A stretch of DNA of 60,940 nucleotides, filler included. It is 8 parts of 8 records of this genome, joined end to end, with 100 filler letters (N's around TTAATTAATTAA, not from the genome) between each part and the next. Parts side by side here need not be neighbours in the genome. Positions count along the whole stretch, not along the records: positions 9,736 to 15,932 come from SRR31147125_81794; positions 16,033 to 21,530 come from SRR31147125_81802; 6 more parts are not named here. One strand, written 5' to 3'. Below the pieces are notes generated by a model. It saw only the letters and a list, made by a program, of their open reading frames with translations. It ran no database searches and was not told where the DNA came from. Shown here piece after piece: positions 10,160-20,523 of this stretch. How positions within the stretch are numbered: position 1 is the first letter of the stretch; every line of letters begins with the position of its first letter. Both the position numbers and the translations under genes were made by a program.

Positions 10160-10698
10160 GCATGGCGAATATCGTGCTGGTGACCGGAGGTGCCAGAAGC
10201 GGGAAAAGCGCGTATGCGCTTGCCCGCGCTGAGGAGATTGAGGGCAGGAGATGTTTTGTCGCCACCTGTGAGGTCCTCGATACGGAGATGGCCGAACGGG
10301 TTGAAAAACACTGTCGGGAGAGGGACAGCCGCCTGTGGGAGACGGTGGAGGAACCGCTCACAATTGCGTCTCTGGTTGAAGGCGGAGACTACGATATTTA
10401 CCTTATCGATTGCCTGACGCTCTGGGTCAATAATGTCATGGCCGCGTACGAGAGCCGGGGAGAGTCCTGCGGAGAGAAGCAGATAGCCAGCGAAATCACA
10501 GCGCTAGTCGAACGTGCGGGGAACCTGCAGGGGACGGTGCTGATCGTGTCTAACGAAGTCGGCATGGGGATCGTACCGGAAAATGCACTGGCAAGAAAAT
10601 ACCGTGATCTCGTCGGCGTATGCAACAGACTGCTTGGCGAGGCCGCATCCGAGGTCGTGTTGGTGAGCTGCGGTATTCCCCTTCATATAAAGCAATAA
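10156..10698 (+). CDS. cobU: Adenosylcobinamide kinase / cobinamide-phosphate guanylyltransferase
   Basis: GGARSGKS, EMAERVEKH, WETVEEP, IDCLTLWV, VSNEVGMGIVP. Confidence 0.95.
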   Translation: MSMANIVLVTGGARSGKSAYALARAEEIEGRRCFVATCEVLDTEMAERVEKHCRERDSRLWETVEEPLTIASLVEGGDYDIYLIDCLTLWVNNVMAAYESRGESCGEKQIASEITALVERAGNLQGTVLIVSNEVGMGIVPENALARKYRDLVGVCNRLLGEAASEVVLVSCGIPLHIKQ

Positions 10699-10721
10699 GC
10701 AAGGCAAAAAAGAGATTTCGA

Positions 10722-11789
10722 ATGAATCTGCTAGAACAAACATGTAAGGAAATCTTTCCCCAGGACAGTGACTATCGGGATCGTGCGCAAGCCCGTCTCG
10801 ATCAGTTGTGCATTCCGCATTGGGCGCTTGGTGATCTCATGGATCTCGGTCTCGATCTCGCCGGCATAACCCGGAGTATGAACCCGGAACTTGGTCGGAA
10901 GGCAATCGTTACGATGGCCGGTGATCACGGTGTCGTGGCTGAGGGCGTTTCAAAATATCCGCCTGAGGTAACGCCTCAGATGGTGCACAATATCGTGTCC
11001 GGTGGCGCCGGTATCAATGCCCTGGCAAACCAGGCGGGTGCAGATGTCTATGTCGTCGACCTCGGGGTTGCTTTTGAATTTGAAAACCTTGCCGATAACC
11101 GGTTCTTCATTGACAGAAAGATAGCCCACGGGACGAACAATATCGCCGTGGGACCGGCGATGAGTATCGCGAATGCGCGCAAAGCTGTTGAGGCCGGTAT
11201 AGAGATAGGCGTTAGACTGAGTGATTCATACGATATTTTCGGTACCGGTGACATGGGTATCGGCAACACCACACCCAGTACCGCGATTGCCGCTGTTATT
11301 ACCGGAAAATCGGTTGCCGAGTTGACGGGCAGGGGAACAGGACTCAATGATGACCAACTCGTCAGTAAGGTTGCCGTCATAGAAAAAATACTGGAAGTCA
11401 ATAAACCGGATGCGAAAAACGGACTCGACATACTGTCTAAGGTCGGTGGGTATGAGATCGGTGGTATTGCCGGTCTGATTCTGGGTGCTGCGTCGTGCCG
11501 GAAACCGGTTATTGTCGACGGGTTTATATCCACGGCCGGGGCCTTGATCGCCAATGTTCTCGAGCCCTTTGTCAGGGATTATATAATCTGCGCACACCGA
11601 TCGGTGGAACCCGGGCATGTATTCATGCAGGAAGTGCTCGGCTGCTCCCGCCCGCTGCTCGACCTTAATCTCAGGCTCGGAGAGGGGACAGGCGCAGCAC
11701 TGGCCATGAATGTAGTAGAGGCTTCCAAACACGTTCTGACCGAGGTCGCCACGTTCGAGGAAGCAGCGGTTGCAGGGGCCGACAAGTAA
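10722..11789 (+). CDS. cobT: Nicotinate-nucleotide:DMB phosphoribosyltransferase
   Basis: MAGDHGV..EGVS.YP, GDMGIGNTT, KVGGYEIGG, LRLGEGTGAAL; start placed at MNLLEQ. Confidence 0.95.
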   Translation: MNLLEQTCKEIFPQDSDYRDRAQARLDQLCIPHWALGDLMDLGLDLAGITRSMNPELGRKAIVTMAGDHGVVAEGVSKYPPEVTPQMVHNIVSGGAGINALANQAGADVYVVDLGVAFEFENLADNRFFIDRKIAHGTNNIAVGPAMSIANARKAVEAGIEIGVRLSDSYDIFGTGDMGIGNTTPSTAIAAVITGKSVAELTGRGTGLNDDQLVSKVAVIEKILEVNKPDAKNGLDILSKVGGYEIGGIAGLILGAASCRKPVIVDGFISTAGALIANVLEPFVRDYIICAHRSVEPGHVFMQEVLGCSRPLLDLNLRLGEGTGAALAMNVVEASKHVLTEVATFEEAAVAGADK

Positions 11790-11869
11790 CAGGACAGGTT
11801 ACGGCAAACGGATATGTCATGGGTGGGATAAACAGCTCGCATGGTTTGAAAACGGCACTCTCCAGGCCC

Positions 11870-12613
11870 ATGCATTCATTTTCCGCCGCGCTGAGATTCC
11901 TCACCATTTTCCCGGGCTTAACGCCGGCAAAAGATGACTCCGAATATTTCTCCGGAGCCGCATACTACATTACCATTGTCGGTTTGGTGTGCGGAGCTGT
12001 GATCGGCGGCTCCGCACACCTGCTGGCACAGAAGGGGCCGCTGATGCTTGTCGCGGTCGCCGCTGCCGTATCCCTTTCGCTGGTCTCCGGTTTCCTTCAT
12101 CTCGACGGTCTGGCCGATACCGCAGACGGCTTTATGAGCTGCAGGGACCGGGAGCGGAGTCTTGAGATCATGAAAGACAGCCGCATCGGGGTGATGGGGG
12201 CGACTGCGCTTGTCGTGGTGCTGCTGTTCAAGGCGGCGGCGCTGGTATCGCTTCCCGCAGATAGTCTGGCGGCGATGCTGGTCGCAGCGCCCGTGGCCGG
12301 CCGCACGGGTATCATCCTGATGATGTCGTATCTCCCGTATGCGAGGTCGGAGAGTGGACTTGGCACCCTGTTCCTCGAGGACGGTTCTGCGCACAGGGTT
12401 TCGATCATGTCAGTCATCTTGATGGTGGTTATCCTTGCGGTTATGGTTCCTCAGAAGGCGGTGCTGCTGCTTGTCGTGTTCGGCATCACGCTGTTTTTAC
12501 TCTGTCTGCTCTGCATGAAAAGGATCGGCGGCTACACCGGCGACACCCTCGGCGCTGCCTGCGAACTGGTTGAAACGGCTGTGCTGGTTGGCGGTGCGTT
12601 CGTTCTTTACTAA
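11870..12613 (+). CDS. cobS: Adenosylcobinamide-GDP ribazoletransferase (cobalamin synthase)
   Basis: ALRFLT, GFLHLDGLADTADG, IMKDSRIG, GGYTGDTLGA; start may be 11819 or 11870. Confidence 0.95.
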   Translation: MHSFSAALRFLTIFPGLTPAKDDSEYFSGAAYYITIVGLVCGAVIGGSAHLLAQKGPLMLVAVAAAVSLSLVSGFLHLDGLADTADGFMSCRDRERSLEIMKDSRIGVMGATALVVVLLFKAAALVSLPADSLAAMLVAAPVAGRTGIILMMSYLPYARSESGLGTLFLEDGSAHRVSIMSVILMVVILAVMVPQKAVLLLVVFGITLFLLCLLCMKRIGGYTGDTLGAACELVETAVLVGGAFVLY

Positions 12614-12635
12614 CCTGATGAATTGATGATAGAAG

Positions 12636-15236
12636 ATGTCGAAAAACGGACAGAGCTTGATTCCCGGTAAGCAGATCGGCGCCCGTGAACATGGCGGCAA
12701 TATCCACAAGTTCAACTCGCTGGAAAATTCCCTGCAGATGCTTGATTTCAGCGCCAATATCAACCCCCTTGGTCCACCGGCCTGGCTGAGATCTTCGATC
12801 AACCGCAATCTGAATCTCGTCAGTCATTATCCGGACCCTGAATGCACTGAGTTTATCGAAGCAATTTCCTCGCGCTACAACGTCGATAAGGAATTCGTGA
12901 TTCCGGCCAACGGGTCAACTGAACTGCTGCACCTGATTCCGCGAATCGTGCCAGCCTCCCGCGTCTTCGTACCGGTTCCATGCTATATCGATTATATCGA
13001 TGTCTTCGCCAGACACGGGTTCGACGTCACCTTGCTTTACACGCTGAAGGACGATGACTTTTCTGTTTCATTTGCGCAGATTTCTGCTGAGTTGAAAGGA
13101 GGGGATCTGGTCATTTTCGGCAATCCCGTCAATCCATCCGGTACGGTGATGGCTGACGAGAATATCCTGAAACTGGCCGGGAATCATCCGGAAACCCTGT
13201 TCGTTATCGACGAGGCGTTTCACGATTTTGTCACACCTTTTGCTACCGTTGGCGGCAAGCTCGACAATATCATCACCCTCAATTCCCTTACCAAGTTTTT
13301 CGGGGTACCCGGGCTCAGAGTAGGATTTGGTATTTTCCCACTATCCTATGTTCAGAAGATAAAGGAGCACCTGCCCCAGTGGAGTGTCAACACGTTGGCG
13401 CAGTGTGTGGGCATGGAGGCTCTCGCTGATGATGACTATTGCCGACGTACCGTCAGCGAATGCATCAGGCTGCGCACGCACCTCAAGAAAGATCTTGAGA
13501 ATATCAGTCGGATTACGGTGTTCGATTCCCATGCGAATTATCTGTTGCTCAAGCTTGGACATGGGCTGAGTGGGCAGCAGGTGTATCGCGACCTGCTCGA
13601 GTATGGGATCATTATCCGGAGGTGCGGCAATTACCGGGGACTCGGGGATTCCTATATCCGTGTTGCGGTAAAATCTGAACAGGAAAACAGGCGGCTCGTT
13701 GGAGCGCTCAGGCGGTTACTGCAGACATCCAGATCTACCGGGAAGAAGATTCACAGAGCCGCTGCGCTCATGGTCCAGGGGACCTCATCCAACGCCGGTA
13801 AATCGATCCTGAGCGCTGCTTTGTGCCGCATTTTTTATCAGGACGGCTACCGAGTCTGCCCATTCAAGGCCCAGAACATGTCTCTCAACTCCCATGTCAC
13901 TGCTGACGGCGGTGAAATGGGGAGAGCCCAGGTCGTTCAGGCACAGGCCGCAAAACTCGAGCCGGACTGGAGGATGAACCCGGTCCTGCTCAAACCCAAC
14001 AGCGATACCGGCAGCCAGGTAATCGTCAACGGCCGGCCGGTGAGAAACATGGATGTACGCCAGTATCACGCCTACAAGGATGAAGCGTGGAAGGCGGTGA
14101 CCGGCTGCTTTGATCAATTGCAAGTGGAATACGATGTAATCGTCCTGGAAGGGGCGGGGTCGCCGGGCGAGGTCAACCTGAAATCCCACGATATCGTCAA
14201 CATGAAAATGGCCCGTTACGCCGATGCACCGGTCCTGCTTGTCGGGGATATTGATCGGGGAGGAGTGTATGCCTCCTTTGCCGGCATCATGGATGTTCTC
14301 GAGGAGTGGGAGCGCACCCTGATTGCCGGATTCATCGTCAACAAATTCAGGGGGGATAAATCGCTGCTCGAAGATGCCCACCGGTTCGTCAAAGATCACA
14401 CGGGGCGCGACGTACTCGGCGTTGTACCGTATATCATGGACATGTCAATTCCCCAGGAAGATTCCGTGTCCCTTCGTGAGGGGTTCTACCGGGATCGGGG
14501 GACCGGGGCAGACCAGGTGGAGATCGTCGTGATTGACCTGCCGCATATCTCCAACTTTACCGATATTGACCCGCTCTATTTTGAACCGGACGTAAACATC
14601 AGGTTCGTCTCAGACCCCCTGCTGATCGGCCGGCCTGACTGTATTATACTGCCCGGCTCAAAAAATGTAGTTGGAGACCTGAAATATCTGCTTGACCGGG
14701 GGCTTGATGCTGCGATCGTCGATTGCCACAGACAGGGGACAGAGGTCGTTGGAGTCTGCGGTGGATACCAGATGCTCGGCGAAATGATTCGTGATCCACA
14801 CCAGATCGAGACGAAAGAAGGGTATATCAAAGGGATCGGGCTTTTGGGTGTCGAGACGGTGATGGCCTGGGAAAAAACCCTGACCAAACAGAGGGGAACA
14901 CATATCGGATCGGGACACGCTATCGTCGGGTACGAGATCCATCACGGGAAGACCGATGGCAGTATAACGCCGGTGCTTATATTTGAAAACGGTGAACATT
15001 GCGGCTGCAGGACTGACGACGGTTCCGTGTGGGGCGCCTATCTGCATGGCATTTTCGATGAGGATTCCTTCAGGCGCTGGTTCCTCGATCGTTTGAGAAC
15101 GGAAAAAGATCTGGAACCGCTGGGCCATGGGGGAGCCACCTACAACGTCGATCGGAGTCTGGACGAACTTGCCGACCTCGTCAGGAGCAGTGTCGATATG
15201 ACCTCCATCTACCGGTTACTGAATCGTGACGCCTGA
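12636..15236 (+). CDS. cobQ: Fused L-threonine-O-3-phosphate decarboxylase (CobD) and cobyric acid synthase (CobQ/CbiP)
   Basis: N-half HGG, DFSANINPLG, DEAF, SLTKFFGVPGLR (PLP Lys). C-half QGTSSNAGKS, PFKAQNM, EGAGSP, GVCGGYQMLG, YLHGIF. Confidence 0.93.
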   Translation: MSKNGQSLIPGKQIGAREHGGNIHKFNSLENSLQMLDFSANINPLGPPAWLRSSINRNLNLVSHYPDPECTEFIEAISSRYNVDKEFVIPANGSTELLHLIPRIVPASRVFVPVPCYIDYIDVFARHGFDVTLLYTLKDDDFSVSFAQISAELKGGDLVIFGNPVNPSGTVMADENILKLAGNHPETLFVIDEAFHDFVTPFATVGGKLDNIITLNSLTKFFGVPGLRVGFGIFPLSYVQKIKEHLPQWSVNTLAQCVGMEALADDDYCRRTVSECIRLRTHLKKDLENISRITVFDSHANYLLLKLGHGLSGQQVYRDLLEYGIIIRRCGNYRGLGDSYIRVAVKSEQENRRLVGALRRLLQTSRSTGKKIHRAAALMVQGTSSNAGKSILSAALCRIFYQDGYRVCPFKAQNMSLNSHVTADGGEMGRAQVVQAQAAKLEPDWRMNPVLLKPNSDTGSQVIVNGRPVRNMDVRQYHAYKDEAWKAVTGCFDQLQVEYDVIVLEGAGSPGEVNLKSHDIVNMKMARYADAPVLLVGDIDRGGVYASFAGIMDVLEEWERTLIAGFIVNKFRGDKSLLEDAHRFVKDHTGRDVLGVVPYIMDMSIPQEDSVSLREGFYRDRGTGADQVEIVVIDLPHISNFTDIDPLYFEPDVNIRFVSDPLLIGRPDCIILPGSKNVVGDLKYLLDRGLDAAIVDCHRQGTEVVGVCGGYQMLGEMIRDPHQIETKEGYIKGIGLLGVETVMAWEKTLTKQRGTHIGSGHAIVGYEIHHGKTDGSITPVLIFENGEHCGCRTDDGSVWGAYLHGIFDEDSFRRWFLDRLRTEKDLEPLGHGGATYNVDRSLDELADLVRSSVDMTSIYRLLNRDA

Positions 15237-15932
15237 ACTGATTTTCTACCTGCTGCTCTCATTCATCCTGCTGGCGGATATGCTGTGCGGTGACCCGCGC
15301 ATGATCCCCCACCCGGTTCGCTTTATCGGGATGTTGTGCAGCAGGTTCGAGTCGTTGACCAGGAACAGCTTTCAATGCATTTCACCCCGGGGGCAGGGAG
15401 TCTGTACCTTTTGTCTGGTTATCGGCGGTTCTCTACTCAGTGGTTGGGTGTTTATTCGCCTGCTCGGGATCGTGTCGATACATGCTGCCTCTGTCGGTGC
15501 CGTACTCATCTGTTATTTCTGTGTTGCCGCCGGGGATCTTGTGAAACACTCCACTGCGGTACGGACCTGCCTCGATCTGGGGCACGTTGAGGAGGCTCGC
15601 AAAGCCGTCGCAATGATGGTGGGGAGGGATACGGAAAATCTCGATGAGGCGGAGATTGCGCGAGCGTGCATAGAATCGGTCGCCGAGAATCTGGTGGATG
15701 GAATCACCGCCCCGCTGTTCTGGGCCCTCGTTGCTGCGTTGGCTGCGCCAGTTTTTGGTACCAGCCTCATCGTATCCGCAGCGTTCGGGTATATCGGGTA
15801 TAAGGCGGTTAATACGATGGATTCGATGTTCGGCTACAAGAACGAACGCTATGGTGAGTTTGGCTGGTTTGCCGCTCGCGTTGATGATGTCTTTAATTTC
15901 ATTCCGGCCCGGCTCAGTGGGGTCTGTGTCGT
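15226..15932 (+). CDS. cbiB: Adenosylcobinamide-phosphate synthase, 3'-truncated
   Basis: GDP...HPV, MVGRDT, ESVAENLVDG, YKAVNTMDSMFGYKNERY, NFIPARL. Confidence 0.93.
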
Positions 15933-16032
15933 NNNNNNNNNNNNNNNNNNNNNNNNNNNNNNNNNNNNNNNNNNNNTTAATTAATTAANNNNNNNNNNNN
16001 NNNNNNNNNNNNNNNNNNNNNNNNNNNNNNNN
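15933..16032. other. Artificial contig spacer
   Basis: N run + TTAATTAATTAA + N run. Confidence 0.98.
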
Positions 16033-16075
16033 AAAAAAACTCTTATGATTTGCGTTATTTTTGAAAGGAGAAAAA

Positions 16076-16995
16076 ATGACAATACCTGAAATTATGGAAA
16101 GACGTATGGCATTCTCATTTGAGGTTTTTCCACCTAAGACAGACGCCGGTATGGAGAAGCTGACCGGTCAGGACGGCGTTCTTGACAAGCTGTGTACGCT
16201 GAAGCCCGATTATATTTCCTGCACGTATGGCGCCGGCGGCGGCAACGTGGGTAAAAACCTTGAGGTTTTGGATGCCGTCAAAAAAAGACAGTCGGGATTA
16301 CTCACTTCACCTGCATAGGAAATACCAGACAGGGTATCAAGGAGCAGCTTCAAACCTATCTGGAACATGGGATCAATAATATCCTCGCGCTTCGCGGAGA
16401 CCTGCCCTTTGGATGGACGGGCACAGGCGGCGATTTGCAATATGCCACCGAACTGGTTAAGTTTATCCGAGATGAATTCGATGATAAGTTTACAATTGCC
16501 GTGGCCGGCTCGCCGGAAGGCCACATCCAATGCCGGAGCCTTGAAGCCGACATTTCTTTCCTGAAGCAAAAACAGGACGAAGGCGCCGACTTTATTATGA
16601 CGCAGCTTTGCTGGGATATGGACCAGTTTCGTTATTGGATGGATGCCATCCGTATGGCCGGCATTACCATGCCCGTCGATGTGGGCATTATGCCGGTACT
16701 CGACGCTGCGGCAACGATCAACATGGCGCTGTCAAGAAACGGGTGCGTTATGCCCCGGGCGCTCGCCGAGCTTATCTCCAAGTACTGGATTTTCCCCAAT
16801 CCGTTCGCACCAAACGAAGCCGAAGACTCAATCGCTGCAAAGAAAGCGGCTTTTAAAGAAGCTGGCATTGAGTATACAATCCGTCTAATCGACGAGTATC
16901 GTGTTTGCGGGATTGCCGGTATCCACTTGTACGCACTGAACAAATATGACGACGTCGCCCGCCTTGTGAAAGAATCAGGCATCAAGGATCTGTAA
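16076..16995 (+). CDS. metF: Methylenetetrahydrofolate reductase (one frameshift at A7 run 16280-16286)
   Basis: [16 protein letters not shown], then after the shift [31 protein letters not shown]. Confidence 0.9.
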
Positions 16996-17075
16996 GCAGC
17001 TTATATTTTTGTAAATCTAGGTCGCAACTGCGGCTCAAAGATATAAATTACCAAATTTCAAGGAGGAATTTATTC

Positions 17076-18836
17076 ATGTTGGACCCGACCAAATATAAAG
17101 ACTGGCAAATAGCTGAAGAAGCTGAAAAGACATTACCCGGTGTCGATTATTTCCGCGAAAAGATGGGTCTTCTTCCCGAAGAGATCATCCCTTATGGAAA
17201 AACTCCGAAGCTCGACTTTATCAAGATCATGAACCGCCTGCAGAATAAACCCGACGGTAAGTTTATCGAAGTCACGGCCATCACGCCGACGCCACTCGGC
17301 GAAGGCAAATCCACCACATCCCTCGGCATCATCGAAGGCCTCGGCAAGCTCGGCAAAAACGTTGGCGGCTGCCTGCGTCAGCCCTCCGGCGCTCCGACGA
17401 TGAACGTTAAGGGCACGGCGGCCGGCGGCGGTAACGCTCTCCTCATGCCGATGACCGAGTTCTCCCTCGGCCTTACCGGCGATATCAACGATATTATGAA
17501 TGCGCACAACCTCGCGATGGTCGCTCTTAACGCCCGTATGCAGCACGAGCGCAACTACACGGACGAGCAGCTGGCTGAGCGTGGCCTGAAGAGACTCGAT
17601 ATCGATCCCGAGCGTGTTGAGTTCGGCTTTGTTATCGACTTCTGCGCACAGGGTCTGCGTGAAATCCAGATCGGTCTTGGCGAAGGCACAAAGAACGGCT
17701 TCCCGATGAAATCCAAGTTCGGCGTTGCTGTTGGTTCCGAGCTGATGGCCATCCTGTCTATCGCCCGTGACCTTAAAGACCTCCGTGAGCGTATTGGCAA
17801 AATCGTTCTTGCTTACGATAAAAAAGGCAACCCCGTCACGACGAGCGACCTCGAAGTCGCCGGCGCAATGACTGCCTGGATGCGTAACACCATTAATCCG
17901 ACGCTCTGCTATACGATTGAGCATCAGCCCTGCTTCGTACACGCCGGTCCCTTTGCCAACATCGCCATCGGCCAATCCTCCATCATCGGCGATCGTCTTG
18001 GCCTCAAGCTCTTCGACTATCATGTCACAGAGTCCGGCTTTGCCGCTGATATCGGCTTCGAGAAATTCTGGAATGTTAAATCACGTCTTTCCGGCCTCAA
18101 GCCCAACGTCTCCGTCGTTGTCGCTACGATCCGCGCTCTTAAGATGCACGGCGGCGGCCCGGCTGTCGTTCCCGGACGTCCCCTGCCGAAGGAATACACG
18201 GAGCAAAACCTCGAGCTGCTTGAAAAAGGCACGGGCAACCTGTTCCATCATGTTAACAACGTTATTAAGTCCGGCATCAACCCTGTCGTCTGCATCAATA
18301 AGTTCTACACAGATACCGACGAGGAAGTTGCGCTCATCAAAAAGCTGTGCGCCGAGAAGGGTGTCCGTTGCGCCCTGTCCGAGCATTGGCAGTTTGGCGG
18401 CGAGGGCGCCAAGGAGCTGGCCGAGCTGATTATCGAAGCCTGCGAAGAGCCTGTCGAGCTGAAATATCTGTATTCTCTTGAAATGCCCCTACGCCAGCGC
18501 GTAGAGCTCATCGCCAAGGAAGTCTACGGCGCAGACGGCGTCGATTGGGCGCCGCTGGCCATTGAGAAGGCTGAGCGCTTCGAGAAGGATCCGAAATATG
18601 CCAACTACTCCACAATGATGGTTAAAACCCATCTGTCCCTGTCCCACGATCCCACGCTCAAGGGCGTGCCGACGAATTGGCGTCTGCCGATCCGCGACAT
18701 CCTCGAGTATGGTGGAGCTGAGTTCCTGTGCCCGATGGCCGGCACGATCAGCATGATGCCCGGCACCGGTTCCGATCCCGGATATCGCCGTATCGATGTC
18801 GATGTTGAAACGGGTCAGGTTTCCGGCCTGTTCTAA
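17076..18836 (+). CDS. fhs: Formate--tetrahydrofolate ligase
   Basis: [48 protein letters not shown]; strong RBS. Confidence 0.97.
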   Translation: MLDPTKYKDWQIAEEAEKTLPGVDYFREKMGLLPEEIIPYGKTPKLDFIKIMNRLQNKPDGKFIEVTAITPTPLGEGKSTTSLGIIEGLGKLGKNVGGCLRQPSGAPTMNVKGTAAGGGNALLMPMTEFSLGLTGDINDIMNAHNLAMVALNARMQHERNYTDEQLAERGLKRLDIDPERVEFGFVIDFCAQGLREIQIGLGEGTKNGFPMKSKFGVAVGSELMAILSIARDLKDLRERIGKIVLAYDKKGNPVTTSDLEVAGAMTAWMRNTINPTLCYTIEHQPCFVHAGPFANIAIGQSSIIGDRLGLKLFDYHVTESGFAADIGFEKFWNVKSRLSGLKPNVSVVVATIRALKMHGGGPAVVPGRPLPKEYTEQNLELLEKGTGNLFHHVNNVIKSGINPVVCINKFYTDTDEEVALIKKLCAEKGVRCALSEHWQFGGEGAKELAELIIEACEEPVELKYLYSLEMPLRQRVELIAKEVYGADGVDWAPLAIEKAERFEKDPKYANYSTMMVKTHLSLSHDPTLKGVPTNWRLPIRDILEYGGAEFLCPMAGTISMMPGTGSDPGYRRIDVDVETGQVSGLF

Positions 18837-19027
18837 AAACGTCTCCTGTCCGCCATGCCGTCATAACATTGACGGCATGGCGCACTGTGCCGCCGTTTAC
18901 ACGGCGGCATCGTAAAGCTATGTGGCGTGTATCACGAATACAACGCTCAGGCAGAGCGATGAAGCTTGTTTATCGCTCGGATAAAACTTTGTACGGACGA
19001 AAACGTACGAGTAAAGGAGAATGCTAA

Positions 19028-19645
19028 ATGTCATTTGTTACGGTTAGCTGCACGGAGTTTGTCGACGTGCTGGCCTCAAAAGCAGCCGTTCCAGGCGGCG
19101 GCGGCGCGTCCGCGCTCGTTGGTGCTGTTGGCACTGCACTAGGCTCAATGGTTGGCAATCTGACAGTCGGAAAGAAAAAATATGCCGATGTCGAAGCCGA
19201 TATTCTGGCGATTATGGATAAAGCAGCTGCGCTTCAAAAAGAACTGCTGCGTCTCGTTGATGAGGACGCTGTTGTGTTTGAGCCGCTTTCCAAAGCCTAC
19301 GGTATCCCCAAGGATGACCCCAACCGTGAAAAGATCATGGAAGATGCGCTGAAAAACGCCTGCACCGTTCCTATGGATATCATGCGCGCCTGCGCAAAGG
19401 CGATCGAGCTTCACGAGGAGCTGGCCGAAAAGGGCAGCAAGCTGGCGCTCAGTGACGTCGGCGTCGGCGTTGCTTTCTGCAAATCCGCGCTTTTGGGCGC
19501 AAGTCTGAACGTCTTTATCAACACCAAATCGATGACTGATAAAGACTATGCTAAAACGATAGAAACCGAAGCAGACGGACTGATCGAAAAATATGGCGCG
19601 CAGGCGGATAAGATTTACGAATCCGTCGTATCCCGTCTGAGATAG
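19028..19645 (+). CDS. fchA: Methenyltetrahydrofolate cyclohydrolase (FTCD cyclodeaminase-like)
   Basis: LAS...VPGGGGASA, MVGNLT.GK, LNV.IN; position between fhs and folD. Confidence 0.88.
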   Translation: MSFVTVSCTEFVDVLASKAAVPGGGGASALVGAVGTALGSMVGNLTVGKKKYADVEADILAIMDKAAALQKELLRLVDEDAVVFEPLSKAYGIPKDDPNREKIMEDALKNACTVPMDIMRACAKAIELHEELAEKGSKLALSDVGVGVAFCKSALLGASLNVFINTKSMTDKDYAKTIETEADGLIEKYGAQADKIYESVVSRLR

Positions 19646-19655
19646 GAGTAACCAT

Positions 19656-20504
19656 ATGGCAGAACTTTTAAAAGGTAAAGAAGTCGTTGCCGCGATGAAC
19701 GAGAAGCTCAAAGCGGAAGTCGAGACGCTCAAATCCAAGGGCATCTCCCCCACTCTTGCTATTTTGCGCGTCGGTGAACGCCCGGACGATATTTCCTATG
19801 AAAGAGGCGCGACAAAACGCTGCGAAACTGTTGGCGTTGCCGTTAAAAACGTTGTGCTTCCCGCCGATGTGACCCAGGACGCACTCATGAAAAGCATCGA
19901 CGAGCTCAACAATGATAATAACGTCCATGGCGTTTTGATATTCCGTCCCCTGCCCAAGCACCTGGACGGCGAAGCAGTCCGCAAGGCGTTGAAGCCCGCA
20001 AAGGACATCGACGGTATCACGGACGGCTCCCTGGCCGGTGTGTTCTCCGGCAGCGGCGAGGGCTTTGCTCCCTGCACGGCACAGGCCTGCATGGAGATTC
20101 TGGATTTCTACGGTATTGACTGCAAAGGCAAGCGCGCGACTGTTATTGGCCGCAGCCTCGTCGTCGGTAAGCCCGCAGCTGTCATGCTGATGGGCAAAAA
20201 CGCAACGGTAACAGTTTGCCATACTAAGACTGTTGACATGCCGTCCGTTGCCAAAAATGCTGAGATTCTGATCGTTGCGGCCGGCAAAGCTGGCGCCGTG
20301 ACGAAGGAATACCTGTCGCCCGGTCAGATCGTTGTTGACGTCGGCATTAACATGAACGACGAAGGCAAGCTCTGCGGCGACGTGAATTTTGAAGATGCGG
20401 AACCGATTGTCGGGTCAATCACGCCGGTACCCGGCGGTGTTGGAACGGTTACAACTTCGGTCCTCGTATCACATGTTGTAGAAGCTGCGAAAAAATTATT
20501 GTAA
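19656..20504 (+). CDS. folD: Methylenetetrahydrofolate dehydrogenase FolD
   Basis: KDIDG, PCTA, GRSLVVGKP, DVGIN, TPVPGGVG. Confidence 0.95.
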   Translation: MAELLKGKEVVAAMNEKLKAEVETLKSKGISPTLAILRVGERPDDISYERGATKRCETVGVAVKNVVLPADVTQDALMKSIDELNNDNNVHGVLIFRPLPKHLDGEAVRKALKPAKDIDGITDGSLAGVFSGSGEGFAPCTAQACMEILDFYGIDCKGKRATVIGRSLVVGKPAAVMLMGKNATVTVCHTKTVDMPSVAKNAEILIVAAGKAGAVTKEYLSPGQIVVDVGINMNDEGKLCGDVNFEDAEPIVGSITPVPGGVGTVTTSVLVSHVVEAAKKLL

Positions 20505-20523
20505 CCAAAGGAGCATTTATGTT

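Noticed and set aside
16278-16290. A-run in metF as a programmed -1 frameshift site
   Set aside because: In-frame codons are GTC AAA AAA AGA, not A AAA AAG, and the same kind of indel occurs throughout the window.
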